Origin: Antedon mediterranea
Lineage: Eukaryota; Animalia; Echinodermata
Direction: 5' to 3'
NCBI RefSeq assembly: GCF_964355755.1
Contig: NC_092679.1
Coordinates: forward strand, 22,489,432-22,553,431
DNA: 64,000 bases
Numbering within the stretch: the stretch's first letter is position 1; every line of letters starts with the position of its first letter. Below, in pieces: positions 1 to 11,280 of this stretch. The position numbers and the translations under genes are program-made. The notes below the pieces were generated by a model. It was not told the DNA's origin, ran no database searches, and was given only the letters and a program-made list of their open reading frames with translations.

Positions 1-150
1 AAGTGATATGGCAAGTGATAATGCAATTAAATTATATTTAAATCAGGTGGCATAAATATTTATAAAACCTAATTCAAAATGAGTCTATAGAAAGTTTGAT
101 AAATGATAGATGTATATATTATTTATATATAAATAGATAGAGCAATATAC

Positions 151-1823
151 CTATGGAAGCGACTATCAGATATTATTGTTAGGATTTTCTCTTGGTGTTT
201 ATCCGTCTGAAATAATAAACAATAAATGAACTTAAAAGAAAATTTTGACAAGAACAGAAAATTATGAATGGACTTGTGAATTGCAAGTACAGGTATTGAA
301 ACCGAGGTACGGCTACAATTAAACTTGACCAGAACACTTTCCCAAAGAAGCACTGGTTTACTGAACGTCCTTAGTCGAGAAAACTTTTCAAACCGCCAGA
401 ACTTGAAAATGTTCCGATATAAACTTGACACAACTAAAATTTAAAGTTAACACCAACCTGTAGTACATTCATGTATCCAGGCTCTCCATAGCGAACTGTG
501 TCAGGACATGTTAATATTTGGTGGGATGATTGTGTGGACATCCTGGCAACACATGCTTCATGGCACTGCCTAAAAAAACAAACCATTATAAACGATGCTC
601 TACATATAGTTAGTGTAAAAAACAGCTACTAAAAATTGACATTACCTTTCATATGATAAAGATGACAATTTTCCTTGTTGTCTTTGGTTGAAAATTAGAT
701 TTATGGACGGAATTGTAGATGTCTTCATAAAATCATTCTAAAATGAAGAACGTATTCTTATCTAAATTGGTATTGATCAAAAATAAAAAGTAATGCATGC
801 TCTTATAGTAACGACAACCCAATACATTTTAATAGTTTAAAATGAATGATAAATTGAATAATGATAAATAAATTGTGTAAAGCAATTATTTTTACAAGTC
901 ATATTTTTGCAATTACTTGTAAAAGGAGTAGTTCTACTGTATAGCTTCCTAAACTCAAAACTCACTGGGGAACTTTGGTCATGTATGCTGTTTGAGTGTA
1001 ACAGTTCTAGCCGTCTTTTTTCTGCCTCTTTCTTTCGTATGTTCTCTTCACTGTAAGGATTGTTGGTGTTATGGCCTTGAAAAACTCGGAAATATCGATT
1101 TTTAACAGGATCGTAATAAAAACCTGGAATATGTAAGATTTAGTTAAGAAAAACTAAACTTTTAGTATGATGTTTTATTTTAAATAACTTTGAAAGGTTT
1201 GTGAACAATTTTATTGTTAGAGCATACCAAAAAGGGTTTATGGGGGCGTGTGTGCCAATTACAATATTAACCAAAACCCTCTTTTATGCTACTGTACTTC
1301 AAAGGATATGTCTTCCAATATTTGATGAATTTGACGATGTTATTGCTGATGACGCACCATTTCTTTCATTGCACTGCCCTCTACTAATTGCCTGCTGATG
1401 GTCTTGACTACCACTGTTCTTGGAACTAGACCTTGGCTGGTGTTTTATGCTATCAGACGTCAGCCTCTCGTTACTACCATGGTGATAATCTTGCCTAGGA
1501 CTAGGCCCTAGCTGTTGATGTACGTCCTCCTGCATCAGCCTCTCCCTACCACCCTGATTCTCTTGCCTAGGACCTCTCTGTTGATAATCCAAGTTTTCAC
1601 TCTGCATCGGCCTTTCCCTGCCACCATGAACGAGATGCCCTGAGCTAGGACCTGCCTGCCCCTCCCCATTGTGTGTTGCATTCCTCCAGTGCATTCTTCG
1701 TTTCCTTCCCTCGGTTCTTGACTGTTCATTAATGTTAGGCCTTTTACTATCGACATCATCATTATTTCTTGTGTAGTTATCTTCTCTCTTATTTCGCCAT
1801 GTCCACCACTGCTTCTTTGGCAT
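151..1823 (-). CDS. DCAF4: DDB1- and CUL4-associated factor 4 (WDR21), 5' portion; gene continues beyond the window start
   Basis: Exons 1823-1310, 1132-966, 737-646, 569-458 and 206-151 join in frame. Exon 2 reads IPGFYYDPVKNRYFRVFQGHNTNNPYSEENIRKKEAEKRRLELL, matching the DCAF4 N-terminal motif (LPGFYFDPEKKRYFRLLPGHNNCNP). The first coding intron is AT-AC. A likely 5'UTR exon donor lies near 2285. Confidence 0.85.
1133..1309 (-). other. U12-type AT-AC intron in DCAF4
   Basis: Minus strand: 5' site ATATCCTTTG, branch point TTCTTAAC (1150-1143), 3' end CTTAC. Removal gives in-frame ...IGRHIPGFYYDP. Confidence 0.85.
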
Positions 1824-2890
1824 TTTCAAAAAAAAATCTAATCTATGAATCTAAGTTTTTCTCAAAATCTGTAAGAGAATGTTGAAAAATGGAAAAATCA
1901 TAAGAAAAAAGAAATATTGTACTTTTACTCATTGAAACATTAATAAAATATTTTATTAGTTTAAGGTACTAACTGGACAAGAATATGAGTACAGTAGGCC
2001 TCCTACACAGAAGTTGTAAGTTAAACTGTTAATCAATAATGCACTACGGTACAAATAGTAGGACGAAACGACTCTGTACACTTCAATGAAGAAAGAATAA
2101 GACCGTACTTGCGGATGCTGATCAGCCTGGAAGACTGGCTTAGGCCTACGAAAGCAAATTCTCTTAATTCGCTGGGTGTAACACGATTTACAGAGTAAAC
2201 ATTATTTCAGTTATTTAAAGGGGGATGTTTTTAAAGTTTTTTTTAATAGAATGATTAAAAAACAACCGATAAATAGGACACTTACAATTGAAAAACTTTG
2301 TTTTCCATAAAAACACTCCACATATGGCGGCCCTCTACAGTTTAGATTTTACTAATTTTTAGGTACCAATTTGGTTCCCGAATAACGCCTACAATATGCT
2401 AAATGATACCAAATTGGTAGGTTGCTATTGTATTCACGAACTTTATATTAGGCCTATGAGGTTACGATAAAGCGCCTTACATAGGCGCGATTTATAAATA
2501 AAATGAAGGATGCCATGCTAAAGGTTGGGTATAACTATAATAACATAAACAAGAACTACTTCACGTCTCGTATTTCATATTCATTTTAATACATACAATC
2601 AATACACAAGTCTGGTGTCAATTGTTTACTTTATCGTTTATTTATTACAATAACATAAAGTAAAAAACAACAGACAGACAGACAGGGGCAGATAAAGCAA
2701 AATACACCGACACGGTGAGCCTCGTATTATATCATACTACAAAATACTGGTGACTGGACTGTAATTAATGGACTACAAGGATCCGCGCTGCGCACTGGAA
2801 AGCCATAATGAAAATATACTTTTTGAATAACAAATGAAATGGTCAAATCATTATCCCGGATACTCCGCTGTGTATATAAATGCTGTGTAA

Positions 2891-3031
2891 AGCTCTGTCT
2901 ACACTATCAAACGTTATGCGACAAAAGATGTGATGTGCGCATGTACTTTATTTAGGAATATCACTACCATAATAGTTCGGTAGGCCTACACTTTTTTTGT
3001 GTCAAACTAGTTTGATAGTGTAGACAGAGCT
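2891..3031. mobile_element. PIF/Harbinger (Tourist-like) MITE, family A
   Basis: 22-bp TIR AGCTCTGTCTACACTATCAAAC / GTTTGATAGTGTAGACAGAGCT with TAA on both sides. At least 7 more copies occur in the window. Confidence 0.85.
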
Positions 3032-3419
3032 TAATATGGGGAAAAAGTAAACCAAGAATTACCAATTGATACAAAATGTTTTATTGTTTATTTCAAATTT
3101 AAAACACATAAATACACAAAAGATAATGATCATTAATGATCTGTCGATTTCTTGACGATTCAGTAATGCAATTATGACAAAATACTGTACATAGTAAATT
3201 TATTTATCGATTAAAAAATGTGATATTTCTATAATAAACAAAAGTACGATGATATGAAGTGCAGTGCGATTGAATAGAACAAAAAAAAATATACACGTTA
3301 ACATACAGTACATGAATAGACACACACACACACACACATAATGGTATCATAATCTCCTTCTAGCCTACTGTATATACTGTACCCATGTTATCTCTGAACT
3401 ACTTACATAACTGGTCTAT

Positions 3420-3500
3420 ACTTGCATACCCTATACCTAGTGCTTGCATACCCTATACCTACCTAGTGCTTACATACCCTATACCTAGTGCTTACATACC
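3420..3500. repeat. About 21-bp minisatellite (TGCTTACATACCCTATACCTA), next to (CA)n at about 3319-3337 and poly-G at about 3527
   Basis: 3-4 direct copies are visible. Confidence 0.7.
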
Positions 3501-3641
3501 TTGCCTACACATACATACGCTAGGAAAGGGGGGGGGGGGACCCGAATAAGGAGACAGATACCATTACATGAAAGCCAACACAAAGGTTAAATGAGAATGA
3601 AAAAACTGTTACTGTTCAATTAGTTTTAATTATAAGCATTA

Positions 3642-6386
3642 TTAATGAATACAATTGCAATGTTTACTAGATTTTGACATAAAATAATGAATGTATAGTA
3701 TTTTGTCATAATTGCATATTGAAGTGTTATTGTCGTTTGGTAGGCCTACGTCGTCGTCGTCGTCGTCATCCTCTTCTGGTTCGTCGTCGTATCTTCTGGA
3801 CCTCCCGGCCGCCGTCATCTTCTTGTCTTGCGCCGCCGCCATCTTCTGACCCTTCGCCGCCTGGTGGTCCCCCTCCAACGTCATCTTCTGGTCCCTTCAG
3901 ACGTCAATCTTTTGGTCGTCTGCCGCCGTCGCCTCTGCTGGTCATCATCCTGAGATGGTTGCTCCCGCGTTGTCTGGTTCTTTCTACGTCCACTCGATCG
4001 TAATCTGCTGCTGCGTTATCTGGTAGATATCCACTTCCGCATTTCTGGTGATGACATCTATTCTATTGGAGCATGTTGTCCGACCCGGTTTAGTGGTTCT
4101 CTACAGCTCTTGCTGGTCAATTCTCCTCTGCGTTATCTGGTGGTGCTTGTACCTCTTCTGTACGTTGTGCGATATTAGTATATAGCTGTTTATGATGGTG
4201 TAGCCGACACTGTGTTGTCCGGTACGGTAGGTTGGACTACAATGAGAATTTGAATTGAATTTAAAAACATGAAATTGTAATGTGTGCCACTTGTTGAATT
4301 AAAAAGAAATGAAAATGTGCAGATAGAATGAAAGGATTGATGCTCACACTCAATGCTTACCGGGCACTTGGTTGCTTTCATCTACTTGGTCATCAAGTGT
4401 TGTTATATCTTTTGAGGATATTTGTAGTGCATCTATTGGAATTGGTGAACTAAGTTTCATATATCTGAAAAATATAAAAAAAATATTAATAATAACGGGT
4501 GTGGGATGAATGGAGGCGGAAGGGAGGAGGAGGATTTTTTTTGGAGATTTGGTGAACAAGGTCGAGTAGGAATAAAATTCAATTTAGAAAGACATACATA
4601 CGAGGACATACTGTACTTCTACATAACATTCCCTTTTTATGGTTGGTCGCAGTTTCGTGGTAGCTCCAATATTGGTCATTGGTATCGGACTTACTTTTGG
4701 TCCATTGAAGATGAAGTAAGTAAAATCTAGATCCGAACTGAGAATCACACAGAAGCAGAAGTATCGCTGAACTTGTACCACCAGATATGTTGTGGACCTT
4801 GAAGTCAAGTATTCAACTGGAAACGGTGAGCAACATTGGTAGGACACACTTGAAAAATTAAATGATTCAATAATTAGTAATACATTTTGTTGTTTCTTGG
4901 CACTAACAGGCGATTAGAATCATGCAAGGGGGCCTACGATCTCATACCTTCCAAAGTGAACATTTACTGTCGAGCTTGATCCCTTAGTGAATATGTGGGG
5001 TTGTGTACCAATGTACTTCTTCGAAGTTGGTTTCATGACCATACGGTATCGAACCAGTAAACTTAGCAAAAGAGAAAAATAAGAACTATTGACGATTTAA
5101 AATAATGTACGGGAGGATTGTGAGATAATGGGAACCGGACTTATAAATGGAAAAGTCCCATTGGATTAACCCACCGTTAAGTTTATTTAGCTAACACATT
5201 CAGGATATCATAATAAAATAGAGTCGTACTTGCCTTGTATGTTTCACCGTTTTACCTTACTTTTCCGGTTGTCCGTTTAACCCGGTCTCAATTTTCGTCG
5301 AAACCACATCAAGCACCTCTCAAGCACAACACGACTTCAATTCAAGCAAATCTACAGAAAATGAAGTAAAATAAATAATTATAAATACACATTCGTGAAG
5401 GTAACTTGGTAATGAAAATAGAGTCGTATACTTTAATGTGTATCATCACATTTTAAATTACTTTTTACTCTGATAACCTACCAGTTTCGTCAATACCACA
5501 TCAATAATCGTTTACTAAATCTATAAAATAAAAAATACAAATAAACTAAAATAATGTAATATATTCCTTATTCGTGGTAATGATAATAGTGCGATACTTG
5601 CCTTTTAATCGGTATTTCACCGTTTTACCTTACTTTGATAGGTGTAGCTTATACGTTTTACCTTTCTTTGATAGACGTAGCTTATACGTTTCACCGTTTT
5701 CGTACACATCACATCAAGAGTGTCCTCTTTGGTGCCACGACACAGGAATATCAAGAAGTTCTAAAAACAAAAATAACGTAATAAAGTTGATGATGATATA
5801 AGCGTGATACTTACCTTATTGGTATTTTTACCTTTCATTGACTTGTAGTTTATACGTCGGTATCTACCACCTATTGACAGCACATCTATATCTCTTGCCA
5901 ACTGTATCTTGCGCGGTGGTATCTATAAAATAGATATATTTAATAAATGTTTTGTTAGGACGGATGCGCTCTTTAAAGTATCAAACTGCCTGCTCTCTTT
6001 AAAGTATCGAACCGCCTCCAATGGAACCCAGTTGACCATTTTTTTTATCTTTCCGTTTACTTACTTTCGGCATCTGACCCGTCTGCCTTGCTCGTCTGTT
6101 ACTTTTTGAGTTGACGTATAGCCGCAGCTTACATCGTTGAGGAGTCGGATCATCTTTTATATTTAAAAAATAATGGTTTAAGTTATTTTGAGTATCCCGT
6201 GAGATTGTGTACGATTAACATTTGTAATTTAGCGTTGAATTAGAAATACCTTTTAACGTAACCGCGTTGACATCGGATCACTATCAACCTGTACAAAAAA
6301 GTATAGAGACATTTTTATATTGGATTATAACTTTTGTTTCTGGTGGACATAGGCTACGTACCATTTTTATGGGACATTGGCGCCAT
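3642..6386 (-). pseudogene. Decayed multi-exon gene with tandemly duplicated small exons and an acidic/Gly-rich last exon
   Basis: A series of minus-strand AG...GT/GC exon-like blocks lies at about 6386-6362, 6288-6250, 6154-6066, 5922-5815, 5760-5602, 5520-5462, 5351-5234, 5061-4949, 4848-4695, 4464-4361 and 4235-3642. Several encode a shared (L/I)DV(V/M/L)xTK-like motif. Stops and frameshifts prevent a single ORF. Confidence 0.45.
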
Positions 6387-6725
6387 ATACAACGTGATCC
6401 AGTAATTAAGTCTAACACACAAAAAAAACAGAACAATATTATAATTTCCACATTTTCATACAATAATTAATACGGTGTAATACTCGGCTACTAAAACGAA
6501 TATTTAACCGATGATGCTTCCGTTTCGCTTTAGAATGAATTGGTTAATATTATGCAAATGTGACGAAATGAATGAACGCGCTTCTTGGCATCTCTTTCAG
6601 AATCTGAAAAAAATATTAGTGAAATGAAAACATTAGTAGTTAGGATACTAGTTGAGATGTGGTGATTAAACTACATGTTCGAAAATGAAACTCTAAGAAA
6701 ACGGAAGCCATTTAAGTAAATGACA

Positions 6726-7325
6726 AGTTGCGAGTCGCTGCTTTTATCAGTTGCGAGTCGCTTCTTTTTGTTATATTTTCAGTTGCATGTCGCTGCTTCT
6801 TTACATTTTTTTCAGTTGCCAGTAACTGCTTTTTTGAAAGCCCATTTTTTTTCAGTTGCAAGTCGCTGATTTTATATATATATTTTCAGTTGCAAATCGC
6901 TGTTTGCACCCATTCGCTGCTTTTAGTTTTTTTTTAGTTGCAAGTTGCTGAAGTTTTAAACATTTTTCAGTTGCTGTTTTTGATATTTTTTCGTTTCAAG
7001 TCACCGAGTTTTTACATTTTTCAGTTGCCGTTCTCTGCGTTTTTTACTTTCAGTTGCAAGTCGCTGTTTTTTTTTTACATTTTCAGTTGCAGATCGCTGA
7101 GTGTTTTACATTTTCAGTTTTAAGTCGCTGTGTTTACATTTTTCAGTTCCGATCGCTCCCTTATTTACGTTTTTCAGTTGCAGTTGTTAGATGCTTTTTT
7201 TACCAGTTACTTGCTGTATTAGGTTTTCTACATTTTTCAGTTGCAAGTCGCTGTATTTGTTTATTTTTGAGTTGCAAGTCACTATTTTTTTTAATTATTT
7301 ACATTTTTCAGTGTGCCTATGTTGC
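6726..7325. repeat. Degenerate tandem array, core TTTTCAGTTGCAAGTCGCTG with T-rich variable spacers (about 25-40 bp units)
   Basis: About 18-20 recognisable cores. The overlapping Phe-rich ORFs are by-products of the repeat. Confidence 0.8.
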
Positions 7326-7846
7326 CCTTTTAAAATTACGTCGTCACACACTGTCACCGAATTTATTAGCCTGATCCTCAATTGTACATATCATTTCAAT
7401 ACTTACCTGAAAGGCGGATCTTTTACTTACGATACGTTAACAATTTATTAATCTTACTATTTAATTCTTCATTTTTTGATATAACCATTACTAAAGAGAA
7501 AAAAAACAAAAATTAATACAATTAATTAGTTTCAGTGTATATCAAATTATATAGGCATAAAGAAACACCCAGGTGCATGGGTACCTGGTAGGGTCAAGAC
7601 ACAACTTTGCGCATTATTATTTGTCCATACGTGTTTGACCCAAAAAGACCAGGGTACTAATATTATCCTGGATAGCATTAGGCCTATTATTAAACTCTCT
7701 AAACCGCCCCAAACAGTTTAGATGCGTATATAATAGAAGTATTGCATATACATAATTATAATGATAAATGAGCAGTACCGTACCGTAATACTGATGTTAT
7801 TTTAAAGTAACAAAATTCAAAAAACAAAAAATAAAAAAGTAAAAAC

Positions 7847-8150
7847 AAATCTGCAAGAGAAAAAGAACAAATTAATCTTCTAGTTCTGAAAAGATAAAAA
7901 TAAATTGATTAACCTGTAAAGGAATAATCATTGTTAGAGAAAAATATATTTTAAATGGGAATACGGGAATCGCGAAAAAAAAAGTGTGAAATTGATTATA
8001 AATGGTAATAAAAAAAAAAAAGATAAATAATAAAATAAATAAATAAGAAAATCTGCAAGAGAAAAAGAACAAAATTAATCTTCCAGCTCTGAAAAGATAA
8101 AAATAGATTGATTAACCTGAAAAGGAATAATAATTGTTAGAGAAAAATAA
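7847..8150. repeat. Direct duplication of about 100 bp, spacing about 202 bp
   Basis: AAATCTGCAAGAGAAAAAGAACAAATTAATCTTC...GTTAGAGAAAAATA occurs at about 7847 and about 8049. Confidence 0.75.
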
Positions 8151-8554
8151 AAAAATCAAAAAATAAATACAAAAATAAATAAATAAAATAATTTTTACCA
8201 TTGTTTAACCAATGGATTTACGATAAGTTGGACCATTATCAAAATAATGGATTTACGTTGAATAATCCAGCTATTTGTAAATACGCATTAGAAATGCGTA
8301 TTTTCTACATCATTTTAGACTACTATCTGCTAATGTTTAAAACTATGATAACTATCATTAGCTGTTGGTCACGTCCACGCAGAGAAGAGCGAGATTTTAT
8401 CTCGCACTTCTCCGCGTGTACGTAGGGCATAGAAGTGAGGTGATGATGCAGGCCTCCTATGCCTATTTTAAGTCCATGATGTGTGTTTTACGCGTGTATG
8501 TAATGTCAATGGTTACCGTATGATGAGAGACGTTTGGTCTCTGAATTGAGAACA

Positions 8555-8812
8555 ACCAGTTAGCTGATCTAATCAACTTAACTGCCCACATACAGAATGT
8601 CTCAGAAGAGACGACTTGTCTCAAAGAGACAGAAACCAGTTAGTTGATCTAATCAACTTAACTGCACACATACAGAATGTCTCAGAAGAGACGACTTGTC
8701 CCAAAGAGACAGAAACCAGTTAGTTGATCTAATCAATTTAACTGAACACATACAGAAAGGTTGTCTCAAAAGAGACGATTTGTCTCAAAGAGACAGAACC
8801 CAGTTAGTTGAT
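8555..8812. repeat. 80-bp tandem repeat, about 3.2 copies
   Basis: AACCAGTTAG(C/T)TGATCTAATCAAC... starts at 8555, 8635, 8715 and about 8798. Confidence 0.9.
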
Positions 8813-10947
8813 CTCTTCACTAACCGTAAACTCATGCACCTATTCTAAACCCACGTTTTATCTTCCTGACTACGCGATCTCGGACTACGGGATTTGGGAC
8901 TACGCGATCAGGGGGACTTACTTTGTTTGTGCCTCTTGAGTCTTGATGCGTTAGTATTAAACTTACCTTGGACGGATTCTATCCATTTGGACCGACTGAT
9001 GCGCACACCGATTTCCACGCGTTTACATTAAACGTGCCGCATCGCATCAGAGTTAACGTAAACGCGTAGAAATTTCATGCGCACCAACCTTAATTTTAAC
9101 CAGTGCGCAGCAGGATACTTAAATTGCACACTGGCGGTTGTATCATGCATGCCTAAGTGTTAAATAATACTAATAAAAACAACATAATAGAATAATCATT
9201 TTACTATGACTTAACTTTAACTTAAACTAACAAATCTTACATTTAATACAATTGTACAATAAATGTATGTGACGTTGTGATTATGATGATGGTCATGATC
9301 ATGATGATGACGATGGATAATGACTTAAGGTCAACTACAGGTCAACTTAACTACAATTCAATGTGTTGTGATGTTGTTCGTATGAAAATCTACTGTGTAG
9401 TGTCTGGTACGATGATGGTCTTATACTACTGTCCACAGTTCTGTGAGCTGAAACAAATGTGTTAGCGAGGAGGAAAAAAAATATAAACATGGCAAAAATA
9501 TAGTACATTGTACAGCTCCAACAAATATCTTAATTACATCTTAATTGTTCTTAATTACAGACTTAATTAATGACCAACGAGGTCAGGAGCTGTACATTAC
9601 GTAATATCAATCACGTTGTATAAAACCACCTCCTCATTTCAGATGATACAAATTTCAATTAAAGTATTTCAGTAAACAACATTGATAATAATTATGCATG
9701 ATACAACCAATATTGAATAATTCTATATGATCTGAAAACAAAATGGCGGTGACATCGTTTGTTCTTCTTCTGTTATTAGTATGTTAATATTTATTTTGAA
9801 CCAAAAAATTAATATAATATTTGTATATTACTTTTTTAGTTCTATGTTAGTTCTTACTATGTTTGATGATAAAGTTAAATCCAATGGCAAAAATCTTGAT
9901 ATCAACAACAATAAATCCTATGCAAAAATCTTGATATCAAAAACAATTATATATCCAAGGCAAAAATCTTCTATCAACTCGGAGAATTTTAAACAAGCGA
10001 AACTTCAAAACAAATAATCCAAATCTAAATATTGATTTACAGGTGTTGCAGTAGATGGTAACATTTTGGTATTTTAAATATATTTACTTTTAATTTGATA
10101 TCATGATTTACGTACGAATTTTTCACCACCCAACCAGACACCTACAAAAAGAAAGTTGATACCGTTAATTGTGTGTGTGTGTGTGTGGTGAGAGCTGTTT
10201 GGTTGAGTGACTTTGTAGGACTATATTGGTTATAAAGACATTATGAAGGGAAGTGGGCTTGTAATTTCTTCAATACTTATCCAAATATGTCAATATAATT
10301 TTGAATACAATATGCTTAACTTATTGACAACCGTTTGTAATTTTGATGTGTACTTAGTTTACAGCGGCGGTCTTTGGTAGGTCATTTACGATAGTTGAGC
10401 AACAAAAAATAAGCCAAATATACAAAATTCGTTCGACACTTCGTATTCTAACGAAGTTGTTTATTGACATTAAACTAACATTGTTTGCAAACTAATATTC
10501 TAGGCCTACTTACCTACTGCAAACCCGTTTAATCAGCGGTTCCATTCTCCCCCTCCTCCTCGCGCACTGCAGTACAACGACCACGCTGTGACTACACACA
10601 GCTGTATATCTGAACAGGAAGTGCACGTAGAACAATTATACAAAACGCGCCACTTTCGGCAATTTGATTGGCTCGTTCGTTAATATATGCAAAAGAGGTG
10701 TTACTCTTCGTAGGCTCACATTCCTGTTGGTTGTTGTTTAGCAAATGGTAAAGAAGCGGCCATTTTAAATCCTATACATACAATGCTGTACTGCTGTATA
10801 AATACAGAAGTGTGTAAACATGAATATTCATTAATTAAATTCATTGCATAAATAATATTTATTAAATATCTATTTCATACATACAATATACATGAAAATG
10901 TGCTAATGTTTGTAAATTCATCAATTTAATATTGAAAATTATATATA

Positions 10948-11280
10948 TATATCAAAGAACTTATAACACAAGAATCTCCTGTTCTTCAATTTGCATTCAA
11001 AACACAGTATCGGAAGTACAGGGTTAAAAGGTCAAACTGGGCGACGCCATTTCACAGCATGGAGCAGCTCCCCCTCCAAACTAGGAAGTCAATTACTCTA
11101 CCCCCCTAGAGTATTAGCAGATCCCCTCTAAGATTTTGACTTTATAATTTGATGCGGGCGCCCTACTCCATGGCTCACAATGGCGCCACCCATAGCTCTA
11201 TTCTATCCCACAGTGCCTTTCGAAAGGGTTACGCGCTTCGGACGAACAGGAGATTCTTGTGTTATAAGTTCTTTGATATA
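10948..11280. mobile_element. Nested inverted-repeat (foldback) structure, probably DNA-transposon derived
   Basis: Perfect 37-bp inverted repeat at 10948-10984 / 11244-11280. Inner imperfect IR at about 11038-11070 / 11164-11193. Central ACTCTA-CCCCCC-TAGAGT. Confidence 0.6.

Noticed and set aside
270-430. Possible intronic H/ACA snoRNA in DCAF4 (minus-strand hairpins and an ACA about 65 nt from the acceptor)
   Set aside because: No ANANNA H box is found between the hairpins, and it cannot be supported without an Rfam/Infernal search.
3719-4003. Arg/Pro-rich + strand ORF
   Set aside because: It is the antisense reading of the GAC/GAA-rich decayed minus-strand exon and has no independent support.
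6726-7325. CRISPR-like repeat/spacer appearance
   Set aside because: The context is eukaryotic, the repeats are degenerate, the spacers are low-complexity and related to each other, and there are no cas genes.
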